Virus record (IMG/VR): IMGVR_UViG_3300022181_000144
Location: 1 to 38,409 of that record
DNA: 38,409 nt
DNA from: a virus
Taxonomy: Duplodnaviria > Caudoviricetes
Reading direction: 5' to 3' (one strand)
The translations under genes were made by a program, and so were the position numbers. The notes under the pieces are model-generated. The model made no database searches. It was not told the DNA's origin and was given only the letters and a program-made list of their open reading frames with translations. Shown in pieces: positions 1 through 8,232 of this stretch (the first letter of the stretch is position 1; each line of letters opens with the position of its first letter).

Positions 1-1014
1 ATGAAACGAATCCTGCTTTTCATCCTGCTGTTTCTGGCCCTGTTCTCTGCCGCCGCCAACGCCCAAACCTACGAAGACTGGTATGTAGACACGGACGTAT
101 CCGGCGGTGCGGGGAATGGCGAGTCCTGGGCCAATGCCTATTCCAGCGTGGACGCCGCTGTGGACGCCAAAGCCGCTGACCTTGTCACGGCCCAGAAGAT
201 CGTTCGGATCAACGTCCGAGGGTCCACCAACGCCGATACGACGAGGTTGGTGACTTCCGGGTATACAACCGATGCTTCATACTATCTGTGGATCAAGGTC
301 GATTCCGAAGACCGTCATGCAGGTGTCTGGTCCACGAGCAAATACCGTCTCGTCGCCAGTGTGGGTAACGACGAACTCGTGGACTCTCTTCCCGCCTATA
401 CCATTCTTGAGGGTATGCAGCTTCACAATACCAGCGGGACAGGCTCCAGAGTGGTAAACACCGGCGCGCGCGTTTACTTGCGAGAGTGCATCATTCGCGG
501 CGGGTATAACTATGGGGCTTTTGTAGCCGGGGGAAGTAGTGCCTACAACTGCCTTTTCTACGGCAGCGGTAATGGCCCTGGATTCCAGACCAATTCTTAT
601 ACATCAGGCGTGACCATTGTCAACTGCACATCCGTCAACAACAAGACGTATGGTTTCTACGCCGCTATCGGCTGCACTCTTACTGCGATCAACTGTTATG
701 CCGGTGGTAACGAATCGTCCGATTGGGCAAAGGCGGGCACGCTCACTCTGACTAACTGCTATTCCGCCGATGGAAACCAGTCCACGTCGCAAGTGGCGTT
801 TGACACCAATTGTTTTGTAAACGTCACCAAGGATAGTGAAAACCTGCATCTGGTTTCTGGCAGCGGTCTGATTGGCGTAGGATCTACGAATGCGTCGTCC
901 TACATTTCCATCGACATCGACGGCAACTCGCGTCCACAGGGGGGTTCCTGGGATGTGGGTGCCGATGAATATGTGTCCGGCTCCGTTATTGCATCGTACT
1001 ACCTAGAAAATTGA
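1..1014 (+). CDS. Signal-peptide protein with right-handed beta-helix (pectin-lyase-like) domain
   Basis: N-terminus MKRILLFILLFLALFSAAANAQ; repeated YNCLFY/VNCTSV/INCYA/TNCYS beta-helix turns; C-terminal DIDGNSRPQGGSWDVGADE motif. Confidence 0.7.
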   Translation: MKRILLFILLFLALFSAAANAQTYEDWYVDTDVSGGAGNGESWANAYSSVDAAVDAKAADLVTAQKIVRINVRGSTNADTTRLVTSGYTTDASYYLWIKVDSEDRHAGVWSTSKYRLVASVGNDELVDSLPAYTILEGMQLHNTSGTGSRVVNTGARVYLRECIIRGGYNYGAFVAGGSSAYNCLFYGSGNGPGFQTNSYTSGVTIVNCTSVNNKTYGFYAAIGCTLTAINCYAGGNESSDWAKAGTLTLTNCYSADGNQSTSQVAFDTNCFVNVTKDSENLHLVSGSGLIGVGSTNASSYISIDIDGNSRPQGGSWDVGADEYVSGSVIASYYLEN

Positions 1015-1025
1015 AGGAGGTTCCC

Positions 1026-1991
1026 ATGAAACGATTCATCATCACCCTGTTGTGTGTGTGCATCTTTCTTTCCTGCACGCCTGCGATGGCAATGCAGAAG
1101 AATGTGGCCAGCCAGAAGTGGACGGTCTTCGCGTTCAACACGACAACCAACGCCCCTTATACCAGCGGAGCCGCTACGATCACCGGAACCATCTACGTGG
1201 ACGGCACGCCCAATGAAATCGACGACACCAACCCCACGGAACTAGGTTCCGGGTACTACCAGTTCGACATCGCTCAGGCGGAAACCAACGGCAATAACTT
1301 GACCATTGTGTCCACGAGTTCCACTTCCAACATTGTCGTCATTGGTAAACCCGCCGTCTACAACACCGTACCCCCCGCTTTCAACACCCTGGGGATCGCC
1401 AACAACCTTGCCAATGTCAACCTCGTGCAGGTTAGCGGGGACCCCAACGCTGCCGACACGCTGGAACTTGCCTTTGACGGGACCAAAATTTCCGTCACGG
1501 ACATCTTCAGCGATGCCGTCGCCGCCGCCGCGGTGGACACCGTCCTTTCCGAGAACACGGACATCATTGCCATCAAAGCTCTCGCCGACAAATTGGATAC
1601 CACTCTGCAATCCGATGGAGAATCCGGTTATGAATTCACGGCAACCGCAATGGGCAACGTCTCTGCAACCGTCGAAGGCGAAGTCACCGTTTCCGCCGAG
1701 TCCATCGCCGCAATCCAAAGCGGCCTTCAAGGTCATCTATCGACCACGATCTCCGCCGTCTTTACTTCCCGTTCCTTTACCCTGACCGCCGGGCTGGCCG
1801 TCGTCAACGCCTACAAAAACAATGTCATTCGCGTCACCGACACCACCACCGGCCTCAGTGCCCTGGGCCTCATTACCAGCTACACGGCAGGCCGCACCGC
1901 AACCCTCCAATCTCCGCTCCCCTTCATTCCCGACGTGGGCGATGAAGTCGCTTTGATCGGCTACCTGCTGCCCCCCGGCAGTTCGTTCTAA
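1026..1991 (+). CDS. Signal-peptide protein, virion-structural-like, function unknown
   Basis: RBS GAAGGAGG at 1013-1020, ATG at 1026, signal peptide MKRFIITLLCVCIFLSCTPAMA, Thr/Ala-rich beta composition. The TAA stop is the first 3 nt of a repeat copy. Confidence 0.6.
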   Translation: MKRFIITLLCVCIFLSCTPAMAMQKNVASQKWTVFAFNTTTNAPYTSGAATITGTIYVDGTPNEIDDTNPTELGSGYYQFDIAQAETNGNNLTIVSTSSTSNIVVIGKPAVYNTVPPAFNTLGIANNLANVNLVQVSGDPNAADTLELAFDGTKISVTDIFSDAVAAAAVDTVLSENTDIIAIKALADKLDTTLQSDGESGYEFTATAMGNVSATVEGEVTVSAESIAAIQSGLQGHLSTTISAVFTSRSFTLTAGLAVVNAYKNNVIRVTDTTTGLSALGLITSYTAGRTATLQSPLPFIPDVGDEVALIGYLLPPGSSF

Positions 1992-2005
1992 GGACCCTGA
2001 TGTTC
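1989..2005 (+). repeat. Dispersed motif copy 1, TAAGGACCCTGATGTTC
   Basis: Exact 17-mer; its TAA is the stop of CDS 1026-1991. Confidence 0.97.
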
Positions 2006-2016
2006 CAAGGAGGCAA

Positions 2017-2232
2017 GTGATGGATCTGGCAAAAGTTCTTGAGGCCCTCTACAAGTTGACGGGGAGGAAGCTCAGCGTCACCCTGGTTACGCTGATTATC
2101 CTCGCGTACATCAATGCCCACCCCGTATACATCGCCGGGGTGGGTGGTCTTTACACCCTGATGCAGGGGATCGACGACGTACTCGAACGCCGCCCCGCCC
2201 CTCAACCTCTCGTTGAACATCAGGGTCCTTAA
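2017..2232 (+). CDS. Small membrane protein, holin-like
   Basis: RBS AAGGAGG at 2007-2013; RKLSVTLVTLIILAYI hydrophobic segment plus a second weak one; ends in EHQGP*, which is encoded by the repeat. Confidence 0.5.
   Translation: MMDLAKVLEALYKLTGRKLSVTLVTLIILAYINAHPVYIAGVGGLYTLMQGIDDVLERRPAPQPLVEHQGP
2215..2231 (-). repeat. Dispersed motif copy 2
   Basis: GAACATCAGGGTCCTTA on +, the exact reverse complement of the 17-mer. Confidence 0.97.
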
Positions 2233-2237
2233 TTCCA

Positions 2238-2762
2238 ATGGCGTTACCGATTTCCGAATTGATTGTCGAGGTAGACACGCGGGAACAGTATCCCATTCCT
2301 TTCCCCGCGACGCTCTTGGTCTGCAACCAGTGGACCGATTGGAAGCGAATTGCGTTGCCGGTTAAAGTCGTGCGAAAGACCATGCCCTATGGGGATTACC
2401 GGCTCCAGTGGGCACCGACCTGCTGCGTTGTGGAGCGCAAGGCGTCCAAGATGGAATTGACCAAGAACCTTTTCGACTCCACCGACCTTCTCCGCTGCGG
2501 CCGCGCCTTCGCCCGCCTGCGGGACAACGCCGACCACCCTGTCCTGCTGGTCGAAATGTCCCCCTCGGAGTTCTTCAAGGACCCTGATGTTCCCTCCCCC
2601 GATGACCTACTCCATCGGCTATACCTTGCCTCCTCCCAGTATGGGTTCTCCCTCCTATGGGTCCCCCGTACCTCTGACCGTAGGTATGTGGGTATCAATA
2701 TCCTCCACCTTCTCCTGGCTCATGCCCTTCAGAAGCACTATGCCTCTAAGGGGGACTCCTAG
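2238..2762 (+). CDS. ERCC4/XPF-family nuclease (putative junction resolvase)
   Basis: VEVDTREQ, YGDY, VVERKA and LLVE motifs of the ERCC4 domain. Confidence 0.85.
   Translation: MALPISELIVEVDTREQYPIPFPATLLVCNQWTDWKRIALPVKVVRKTMPYGDYRLQWAPTCCVVERKASKMELTKNLFDSTDLLRCGRAFARLRDNADHPVLLVEMSPSEFFKDPDVPSPDDLLHRLYLASSQYGFSLLWVPRTSDRRYVGINILHLLLAHALQKHYASKGDS
2577..2592 (+). repeat. Dispersed motif copy 3 (intragenic, read as KDPDV)
   Basis: Exact 16-mer AAGGACCCTGATGTTC. Confidence 0.97.
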
Positions 2763-2798
2763 TATCCATAAAAAAAAGAGAGAAAATTCGGAAATTGT

Positions 2799-2829
2799 CT
2801 TGGACAAACCGGCCTCAAAAGTCTATAGT
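2799..2829 (+). promoter_or_regulatory. Sigma70-like promoter, probably leaderless transcript
   Basis: TGGACA (2801-2806), 17-nt spacer, TATAGT (2824-2829); A-tracts upstream; ATG at 2835 with no RBS. Confidence 0.6.
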
Positions 2830-2834
2830 GGTGC

Positions 2835-3326
2835 ATGAATATGAGAGACGAAACCAACAATGTGCCTTCCGCCGTAACCAACATGTGGGCTGCGGTTCGA
2901 CACAACGCCGCGTTCATCACAGCAGTCGTCGTCACCGTAGTCCTGACGTATTTCGTTGTGGGTTGTGAGTCACGAGTCGCTTCTCTCACCGACCCTTCCA
3001 CCCGAGTCACCCGCGAAGAACTGAACGTTGAATTTGATCTGTTCCTCGCCGAGCTTCAACAGACCGCCGACGCCACCGCCAAGAAGTACGACCTCAAGCA
3101 GGCCGACCTGGACAAACAGGATGCCTTCAAGAAGACCCTTCTGGAAATGGGCAAGGTCGTCGCCGAGACAGGGACCCTCAACCCCACAGGAATCATGGGC
3201 CTGCTGGCGGGGGTGTTGGGGGTAGGAGCAATGGTGGATAACCGCCGAAAGGATACCATTATCAAGGTGCAGAAGAGGGACCTCGCAATGGTCGCAGCCT
3301 CCCAGACCGGCACCCTGATCGCATAA
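2835..3326 (+). CDS. Membrane/lipoprotein with coiled coil and C-terminal hydrophobic segment (spanin-like candidate)
   Basis: Hydrophobic AFITAVVVTVVLTYFVVG-C lipobox-like end, charged helical middle, then GIMGLLAGVLGVGAMV followed by NRRK. Confidence 0.5.
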   Translation: MNMRDETNNVPSAVTNMWAAVRHNAAFITAVVVTVVLTYFVVGCESRVASLTDPSTRVTREELNVEFDLFLAELQQTADATAKKYDLKQADLDKQDAFKKTLLEMGKVVAETGTLNPTGIMGLLAGVLGVGAMVDNRRKDTIIKVQKRDLAMVAASQTGTLIA

Positions 3327-3328
3327 AC

Positions 3329-3345
3329 TAAGGACCCTGATGTTC
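3329..3345 (+). repeat. Dispersed motif copy 4
   Basis: Exact 17-mer, 2 nt after the stop of CDS 2835-3326. Confidence 0.97.
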
Positions 3346-3433
3346 GGGGGGTGGTCTGGTGCGTCCAGTGCCACCCCCCAGTCAACCTCGAAGCGTGCAA
3401 CGAACCTTCATACTAGCACATACAGGAGATACT

Positions 3434-3901
3434 ATGTCAACGAAGTTCAACCGAGACATCCCGCCCAAGTACAACGACCCCATCATTGTGACCGAAATCC
3501 CCATCGAGCTTCGGTCCAATGCGGACATCCTCTGCGTCGAGGACCCTCACCTGTACCGCCTCCTGCTGAATGCCTGCCGGGAAAAACAGGCAATCCAGGA
3601 GCAACCCCAGGCCGTTCCCACCCAGGAACATCAGGGTCCTTCGGAATCAAGCTGTGTAAAAGTGCCCATAGATAGTGACAACTATGGACCTTCCTCCAAA
3701 ACCGATGCCGTGATGAAGAACCTGCAAGACAAGATGTTGGAGGCGTTCGGGAGGAAGGACGTGGTGAAGGGTGCGGAAGTTCTGTGCCGGGTGCTGCATT
3801 ACATGGCTCCGGGGCAGGCGAACATCGCCCATATGGTGCGGATGTTCGGGGCGTTGCTGGGCGAACATGTCAATCCCACTATGGAAGGGCAGGGGCGATG
3901 A
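3434..3901 (+). CDS. Hypothetical protein
   Basis: RBS AGGAG at 3424-3428, ATG at 3434; ATGA overlap with the next gene. Confidence 0.65.
   Translation: MSTKFNRDIPPKYNDPIIVTEIPIELRSNADILCVEDPHLYRLLLNACREKQAIQEQPQAVPTQEHQGPSESSCVKVPIDSDNYGPSSKTDAVMKNLQDKMLEAFGRKDVVKGAEVLCRVLHYMAPGQANIAHMVRMFGALLGEHVNPTMEGQGR
3626..3641 (-). repeat. Dispersed motif copy 5 (intragenic, read as EHQGP)
   Basis: GAACATCAGGGTCCTT, exact reverse-complement 16-mer. Confidence 0.97.
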
Positions 3902-5178
3902 TTGAAGAACTGGGCCTGGAGACATTCATTCAACCGATCCATCAGAGCAGCCTGATCCTGTGGAAGAAGTGCCCCCGGAAAGGGTTCTTCCGGTATCGGC
4001 TGGGTCTGGTGCAGAAGAAAGCCCCCGTCAAAGAAGCGGCTCAACTGGGGCAGATCGTTCACAAGCTCCTGGAAGTCGGGCCGGGGAACGAAAACTCGGT
4101 ACGGCAATGGGCGATGGAAACCGTGGCCGAGCATATCGCTGCGGTGGAGAAGGGTGAAGACCTGCTGGGCCAGTCGCTCCAGGCAATCCAGGCGACGGAG
4201 AAGAACTTCAACACGGCGGTGATGATGGCTTCCGTGTTCCATGAGCAGTACCCGGAGAACTCGAATCTGGAGACGCTCTGTAGTGAGGAGTACATTGCGG
4301 ACTTCTTTGAAATGGATTCCGGGGTGTACTGGCTGGCGGGCACGCTGGACCGAGGGCTCCGCCTGAAGACCGACGGGACCTATTGGATCAAGGACTTCAA
4401 GACGACGACCAAGGACCCTGATGTGAAGTTGGCAGGGTATCTGTGGGGTCCCCAACTGCGGATGTATCGACTGCTGTTCTTGACCTATCTACGCAGGACG
4501 ATAGATCCAGAGGCTTTGCCGAAGGGATTCATCGTCAACTTGATCCAGGCCCCGACCATTCGGATGGGGTTGATGGACCGGGACTGGATCATGGAAGAGA
4601 AAGTCCTGACTCGCGGACCCCGTAAAGGCCAGACCGTTTCGGAGAAGGTGTACGACGGGGAGCCGAAGTTTGAGAACTACCTGAAGCGATGCAAGGAATG
4701 GTACGCCGAGAATAAAGAGGGCAGGCCCATCCGCAGCTTTATGATGCCGTTTGTGGAACCCCTCGTGCCTCGCTCTTTTGAGTTGGCCCTGGCGGAAGTG
4801 TCCATGTGGCAAAAGGCAAACTGCCGGAAGAGTCTGTCGGAGTTGGCCGAGAAGTTCTATCCGGACGTGACGGGAACTTCGTGCAGCGACTTCCAATCCA
4901 CCTGCGAATACTACCCCCTGTGCCAACGGGAGTGCGTCTCCTGGGGCCATGTGATCGCGGATCAGTACCGGCAGGAAACGCCGGAAGTGTACATCAACGA
5001 GCAAGGGGAACTGGTTACAAAGGCAAATAAGGAGAACAAGAATGACAGTGGTAACAACGAACTCGCAGCCCCAGCCCTTATCCTCCCAGCCTCCTGTTGC
5101 GGCGGCTCCGATGGTAACGAAGGCGACGGAAGTGGCGGTGGGGCAGATCCCGACAGCGTATGCCTTGCTGGGTGCTGA
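3898..5178 (+). CDS. PD-(D/E)xK exonuclease, Cas4/AddB/RecB-like with probable Fe-S cysteines
   Basis: HQSSL..WKKCPR, G..VH, GTLDR, IKDFKT and QLRMY motifs, plus C-terminal CSDFQSTCEYYPLC. Start taken at the ATGA overlap. Confidence 0.85.
   Translation: MIEELGLETFIQPIHQSSLILWKKCPRKGFFRYRLGLVQKKAPVKEAAQLGQIVHKLLEVGPGNENSVRQWAMETVAEHIAAVEKGEDLLGQSLQAIQATEKNFNTAVMMASVFHEQYPENSNLETLCSEEYIADFFEMDSGVYWLAGTLDRGLRLKTDGTYWIKDFKTTTKDPDVKLAGYLWGPQLRMYRLLFLTYLRRTIDPEALPKGFIVNLIQAPTIRMGLMDRDWIMEEKVLTRGPRKGQTVSEKVYDGEPKFENYLKRCKEWYAENKEGRPIRSFMMPFVEPLVPRSFELALAEVSMWQKANCRKSLSELAEKFYPDVTGTSCSDFQSTCEYYPLCQRECVSWGHVIADQYRQETPEVYINEQGELVTKANKENKNDSGNNELAAPALILPASCCGGSDGNEGDGSGGGADPDSVCLAGC
4411..4424 (+). repeat. 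Dispersed motif copy 6 (14-bp match, intragenic KDPDV)
   Basis: AAGGACCCTGATGT followed by GA instead of TC; lies just after the DFK catalytic motif. Confidence 0.85.
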
Positions 5179-6013
5179 AACCGGGTACAAGCCCCTGGCC
5201 CCGGAGCAGCTTCGTATGGCGGTCTACGGCCCCCGGTACGGCGGCAAGAGTACGTTCCTGGCGGGTCGTCCCAGGACGCTGATTATCGACACGGAGATCG
5301 GGGCCTGGGGCATCCCGGACAAGTTTACGAAGGCCGTCCGCATTTCGACAAAGGACCCGGTCCTGATCGAGAAGGTCATCGCTCAACTGGAGCGGGACGG
5401 CAAGATGGCGACTCGTCCGTTCGACCATGTGGTGTTCGACACCATCGACCAACTGGCGGAGTTGTGGGCCAAGAAACTGGCTCAGGATTACTCCGGGGAT
5501 AAGTGGTCGGGGACCGACATCCGCAACTGGGGCCAGAAAGGGGCCGGGTACAGCATCCTGACTTCCTCCGTCTGGGACCTGATCCAGCGGGTGGAGAAAG
5601 CCGGGTATGGCTGGTCGGTCGTCGGGCATCTGAAAGAGAAGGACATCGAAATCAACAACAAGGAAATCACGGTCGTGAGGCCCGCGTTGTTTGACATGTT
5701 CACAAGTCTCGTCACCCGTAACGCCGATGTCGTCACGGTCATCGAACCCACGGTCGTCTTCGAGGATGTCTTCGCCACGATCACCGGGGGCAAGAAGGTC
5801 AAGACCGGCACGCGGGAAACCAAACGGATTCAGTTCAACGCCAAGGTCCAGGAGATCGGGCTGGGCACCGGCACCGGAAAACTCCGGGGCGTCGCCAACC
5901 TGGACATGTCGTTCCTTCTGCCCGACTTCGCGGAAGGCAACACCGGATGGGACAAGTTTGTCACAGAGTACAACGCGGCTGTAGAGAAGGTCCGACAGGG
6001 TCTCTTCAACTAA
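5042..6013 (+). CDS. AAA_24 / Sak4-like ATPase (single-strand annealing protein)
   Basis: Walker A YGPRYGGKST, IIDTE, Walker B VVFDTIDQL, VVGH; RBS AAGGAG; located between the exonuclease and the SSB-like gene. Confidence 0.8.
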   Translation: MTVVTTNSQPQPLSSQPPVAAAPMVTKATEVAVGQIPTAYALLGAETGYKPLAPEQLRMAVYGPRYGGKSTFLAGRPRTLIIDTEIGAWGIPDKFTKAVRISTKDPVLIEKVIAQLERDGKMATRPFDHVVFDTIDQLAELWAKKLAQDYSGDKWSGTDIRNWGQKGAGYSILTSSVWDLIQRVEKAGYGWSVVGHLKEKDIEINNKEITVVRPALFDMFTSLVTRNADVVTVIEPTVVFEDVFATITGGKKVKTGTRETKRIQFNAKVQEIGLGTGTGKLRGVANLDMSFLLPDFAEGNTGWDKFVTEYNAAVEKVRQGLFN

Positions 6014-6060
6014 TATCATTCACATTGATTCCCGCAAGGCTGCGGGAAAGGAGAACACGC

Positions 6061-6528
6061 ATGAGCACCGACAGAGCACGATTTTCAGCAGTTTTGGATG
6101 GCCTTTCCAAGGAATGGAAAGAGGCCAAGTGCATGTCCCAATGGGACCCCGACGACGGTCAATACCTGTTCCGAGTGACCAGCATCGACCGGGGCGAATC
6201 GTCGAACAACGGCGGCAACTTCCTGTGGTGGAAGGTCAACGGATACATCGAGTGCCCGGACAACGCCGAACTGCACGGCCACGAGTGGTTCCCGTTCTAC
6301 TTCACGTCCAAGTGGCTGGGCTTTATGAAGGACTTCCTGAAGGACACCGTCGGGAAGATTCCGGAGCATCCCCGCGAGGGCGACACTCTGATCGACCAGA
6401 CCGTTGGCTGGCTGCTGCTGGTGGACATCCAGACCGTCACGAACAAGAAGACGGGCCGGGTCAACAAGAACAAGAATGTGCTGCGGGTCGTGGAACGAAC
6501 GGTTCCGGAAGCGACCGTCGCCGCCTGA
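6061..6528 (+). CDS. Putative ssDNA-binding protein (DUF669-like)
   Basis: RBS AAAGGAG; WDPDDGQY followed by OB-like beta strands; position after the Sak4-like gene. Confidence 0.55.
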   Translation: MSTDRARFSAVLDGLSKEWKEAKCMSQWDPDDGQYLFRVTSIDRGESSNNGGNFLWWKVNGYIECPDNAELHGHEWFPFYFTSKWLGFMKDFLKDTVGKIPEHPREGDTLIDQTVGWLLLVDIQTVTNKKTGRVNKNKNVLRVVERTVPEATVAA

Positions 6529-6551
6529 CAAGAAACTCCCTATGTGCCTTG

Positions 6552-6571
6552 GGGGGGAGCCTTCTCCCCCC
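6552..6571. other. GC-rich hairpin after the SSB-like gene
   Basis: GGGGGGAG-CCTT-CTCCCCCC; no clear U tract, so not called a terminator. Confidence 0.45.
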
Positions 6572-6580
6572 CGCCCCCTT

Positions 6581-7156
6581 ATGGTCGCTTCAATCCCTGA
6601 CAACTCAGTCCAGAAAATCGAACAGCTGTTCAAGCTGTACTCCAGCCGTGTGATTGACTGCACGGTCACAGGATGGACGCGCCCCCGTCGTCAAGGGGGC
6701 ACTCGTCGTTTCTCAGGGTTCAGAATCTGGGTGCCCTACAGGAATCAAATGCCGGAACCAGTTCCCGCTACCTGTAACTCCCGGAATACTTTTTACTCCT
6801 CCCAGTTTGTGGGGATGCACGAACATCTTGTCATCACTCTCAAGCGGCCTTCGTTCATCGACAACCTTTTCCATATCTCGGACAAAGTGCCGGAGATCAA
6901 ACCCTTTGGCCGCACCATCTGGCTGGGAACCTGCCGGTATGGTCATTCCAATCCACGTTCGCAACAATCCGGTTGGGTGATTGAAGTACCCTCCAACACC
7001 TGCACGGTGGCAGAGCCCCACCTTCGGAATGGCGAACGCATTTCCCTCAAAGCTATCCTCCATAACATCAACAAGCTCAAAGGCATCCGGCGGGAAATGC
7101 TCCTTCTGGAGTTCCCCTCGCTTCCGCGTCAATGGTTTGACGTATCAGCGGTATAA
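6581..7156 (+). CDS. Hypothetical protein (start uncertain)
   Basis: Longest same-strand ORF filling the gap; no recognisable motif. Confidence 0.45.
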   Translation: MVASIPDNSVQKIEQLFKLYSSRVIDCTVTGWTRPRRQGGTRRFSGFRIWVPYRNQMPEPVPATCNSRNTFYSSQFVGMHEHLVITLKRPSFIDNLFHISDKVPEIKPFGRTIWLGTCRYGHSNPRSQQSGWVIEVPSNTCTVAEPHLRNGERISLKAILHNINKLKGIRREMLLLEFPSLPRQWFDVSAV

Positions 7157-7182
7157 CCCCTGATTCCGATACGGAGATCGTT

Positions 7183-7458
7183 ATGTCTGAGTCCCAACCC
7201 CCGGCCTCTGCTGTGCCGGTTGTATACCCTCCTGAGTTTTTTCACGTACTGGCGTTCATCGAATGGCCCCTGGGAGTCACCCAGAACTGCCCCTGCAACA
7301 GCGGACTGAAGTACAAGAAGTGCTGCTACCTCCGCCTTCCTGACTTTGCAGCGGCCATCGCCGAATACGACCAATGCTTCGGTCGCTCCCCCGCCCGTAC
7401 CTACTATCTCTATAACCCTTTCCGAGCACGGAGGCTCCATGAAACCTCTCTTCGATAA
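7183..7458 (+). CDS. SEC-C motif (metal-binding) protein
   Basis: NCPCNSGLKYKKCC matches the SEC-C consensus CPCGSGKKYKKCC; RBS GGAG. Confidence 0.75.
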   Translation: MSESQPPASAVPVVYPPEFFHVLAFIEWPLGVTQNCPCNSGLKYKKCCYLRLPDFAAAIAEYDQCFGRSPARTYYLYNPFRARRLHETSLR

Positions 7459-7807
7459 CATCGAACCCGCAGGCTCCGACGCCCCCATTATCGCCAACGA
7501 ACGCGGCGGAAAGCAATCCCAGATCCACGGCACCCCCACGGAAATCCCCCCGCTGGCCTTCATCGAAGTCGCCAAAGTCATGGGCCTGGGGGCATCCCGC
7601 TATCCCCGCGAGGCAGACGGCACCCCCAACTGGCACCGGATTTCCTGCCTCTCCAATCTCGATCACGGCCTGGAACACATCTTCAACTTCCTCGCCGAAC
7701 GCAACCATCCAGATTCATCCCCCGAAATCATGCTGGAGGAATTGTCCCATGCCGCTGCCCGTCTGTGCATGGCCCTGGAGCAATACCTCCGAGGAGACTT
7801 CAAATGA
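7439..7807 (+). CDS. DUF5664-like dATP/dGTP diphosphohydrolase-domain protein
   Basis: IPPLAFIEVAKVMGLGASRY...NW...HGLEHI...LSHAAARL pattern; RBS GGAGG at 7430-7434. Confidence 0.65.
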   Translation: MKPLFDNIEPAGSDAPIIANERGGKQSQIHGTPTEIPPLAFIEVAKVMGLGASRYPREADGTPNWHRISCLSNLDHGLEHIFNFLAERNHPDSSPEIMLEELSHAAARLCMALEQYLRGDFK

Positions 7808-8232
7808 TGCGACTCTATTTGGCCCACCCCTTCGCTTCCCGTTTCACCATTCGGCCCTGGGAACTGGTAGTCGAAAACAAGTTCGACATCCATCTTTTCA
7901 ACCCCTTCTACGACGCTCCCGACCGCACCGACGTAGAAGCCATCGACGCCGGGAAGAAACACCGCTATGACGTAAACCCCGCCGAACTTGTCGAGAACGA
8001 TCTGGACATCCTCACCAATCGTTGCGATGGTCTGGTTGGCGTCATCGACGGGAGTACGTCCTACGGCACCATCATGGAAATCGCCTGGGCGCACAACTGT
8101 GAAATGCCCGTCTTCCTGATCGTCACCAACGGGGAAGAGGCTCACCCCTGGCTGGTCTACCACGCCACCCAAATCTTCACGAGCTTCACCGATTTCGAGA
8201 AATGGCTGGAGGAAAGGAATGCCCATGCCTAA
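7804..8232 (+). CDS. Nucleoside 2-deoxyribosyltransferase / nucleotide N-glycosidase family protein
   Basis: LYLAHPF, FNPF, NDLDIL, CDGLV, SYGTIMEIAWA and PVFLI motifs. Confidence 0.8.
   Translation: MMRLYLAHPFASRFTIRPWELVVENKFDIHLFNPFYDAPDRTDVEAIDAGKKHRYDVNPAELVENDLDILTNRCDGLVGVIDGSTSYGTIMEIAWAHNCEMPVFLIVTNGEEAHPWLVYHATQIFTSFTDFEKWLEERNAHA

Noticed and set aside
1989-2013. The motif as a ribosome-binding or start-associated sequence (contains TAAGGA and ATG)
   Set aside because: Most copies are intragenic, at gene ends or antisense to the nearest gene, and nearby genes have separate RBSs; the internal ATG does not open consistent ORFs.
3898-5178. Cas4-like gene as part of a CRISPR-Cas system
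   Set aside because: No cas1/cas2, effector genes or array; the context is a standard phage recombination module.
7439-7807. Z-base (2-aminoadenine) genome pathway
   Set aside because: No PurZ, HD-family dATPase or phage polymerase is visible; the hydrolase-like gene alone is not sufficient evidence.
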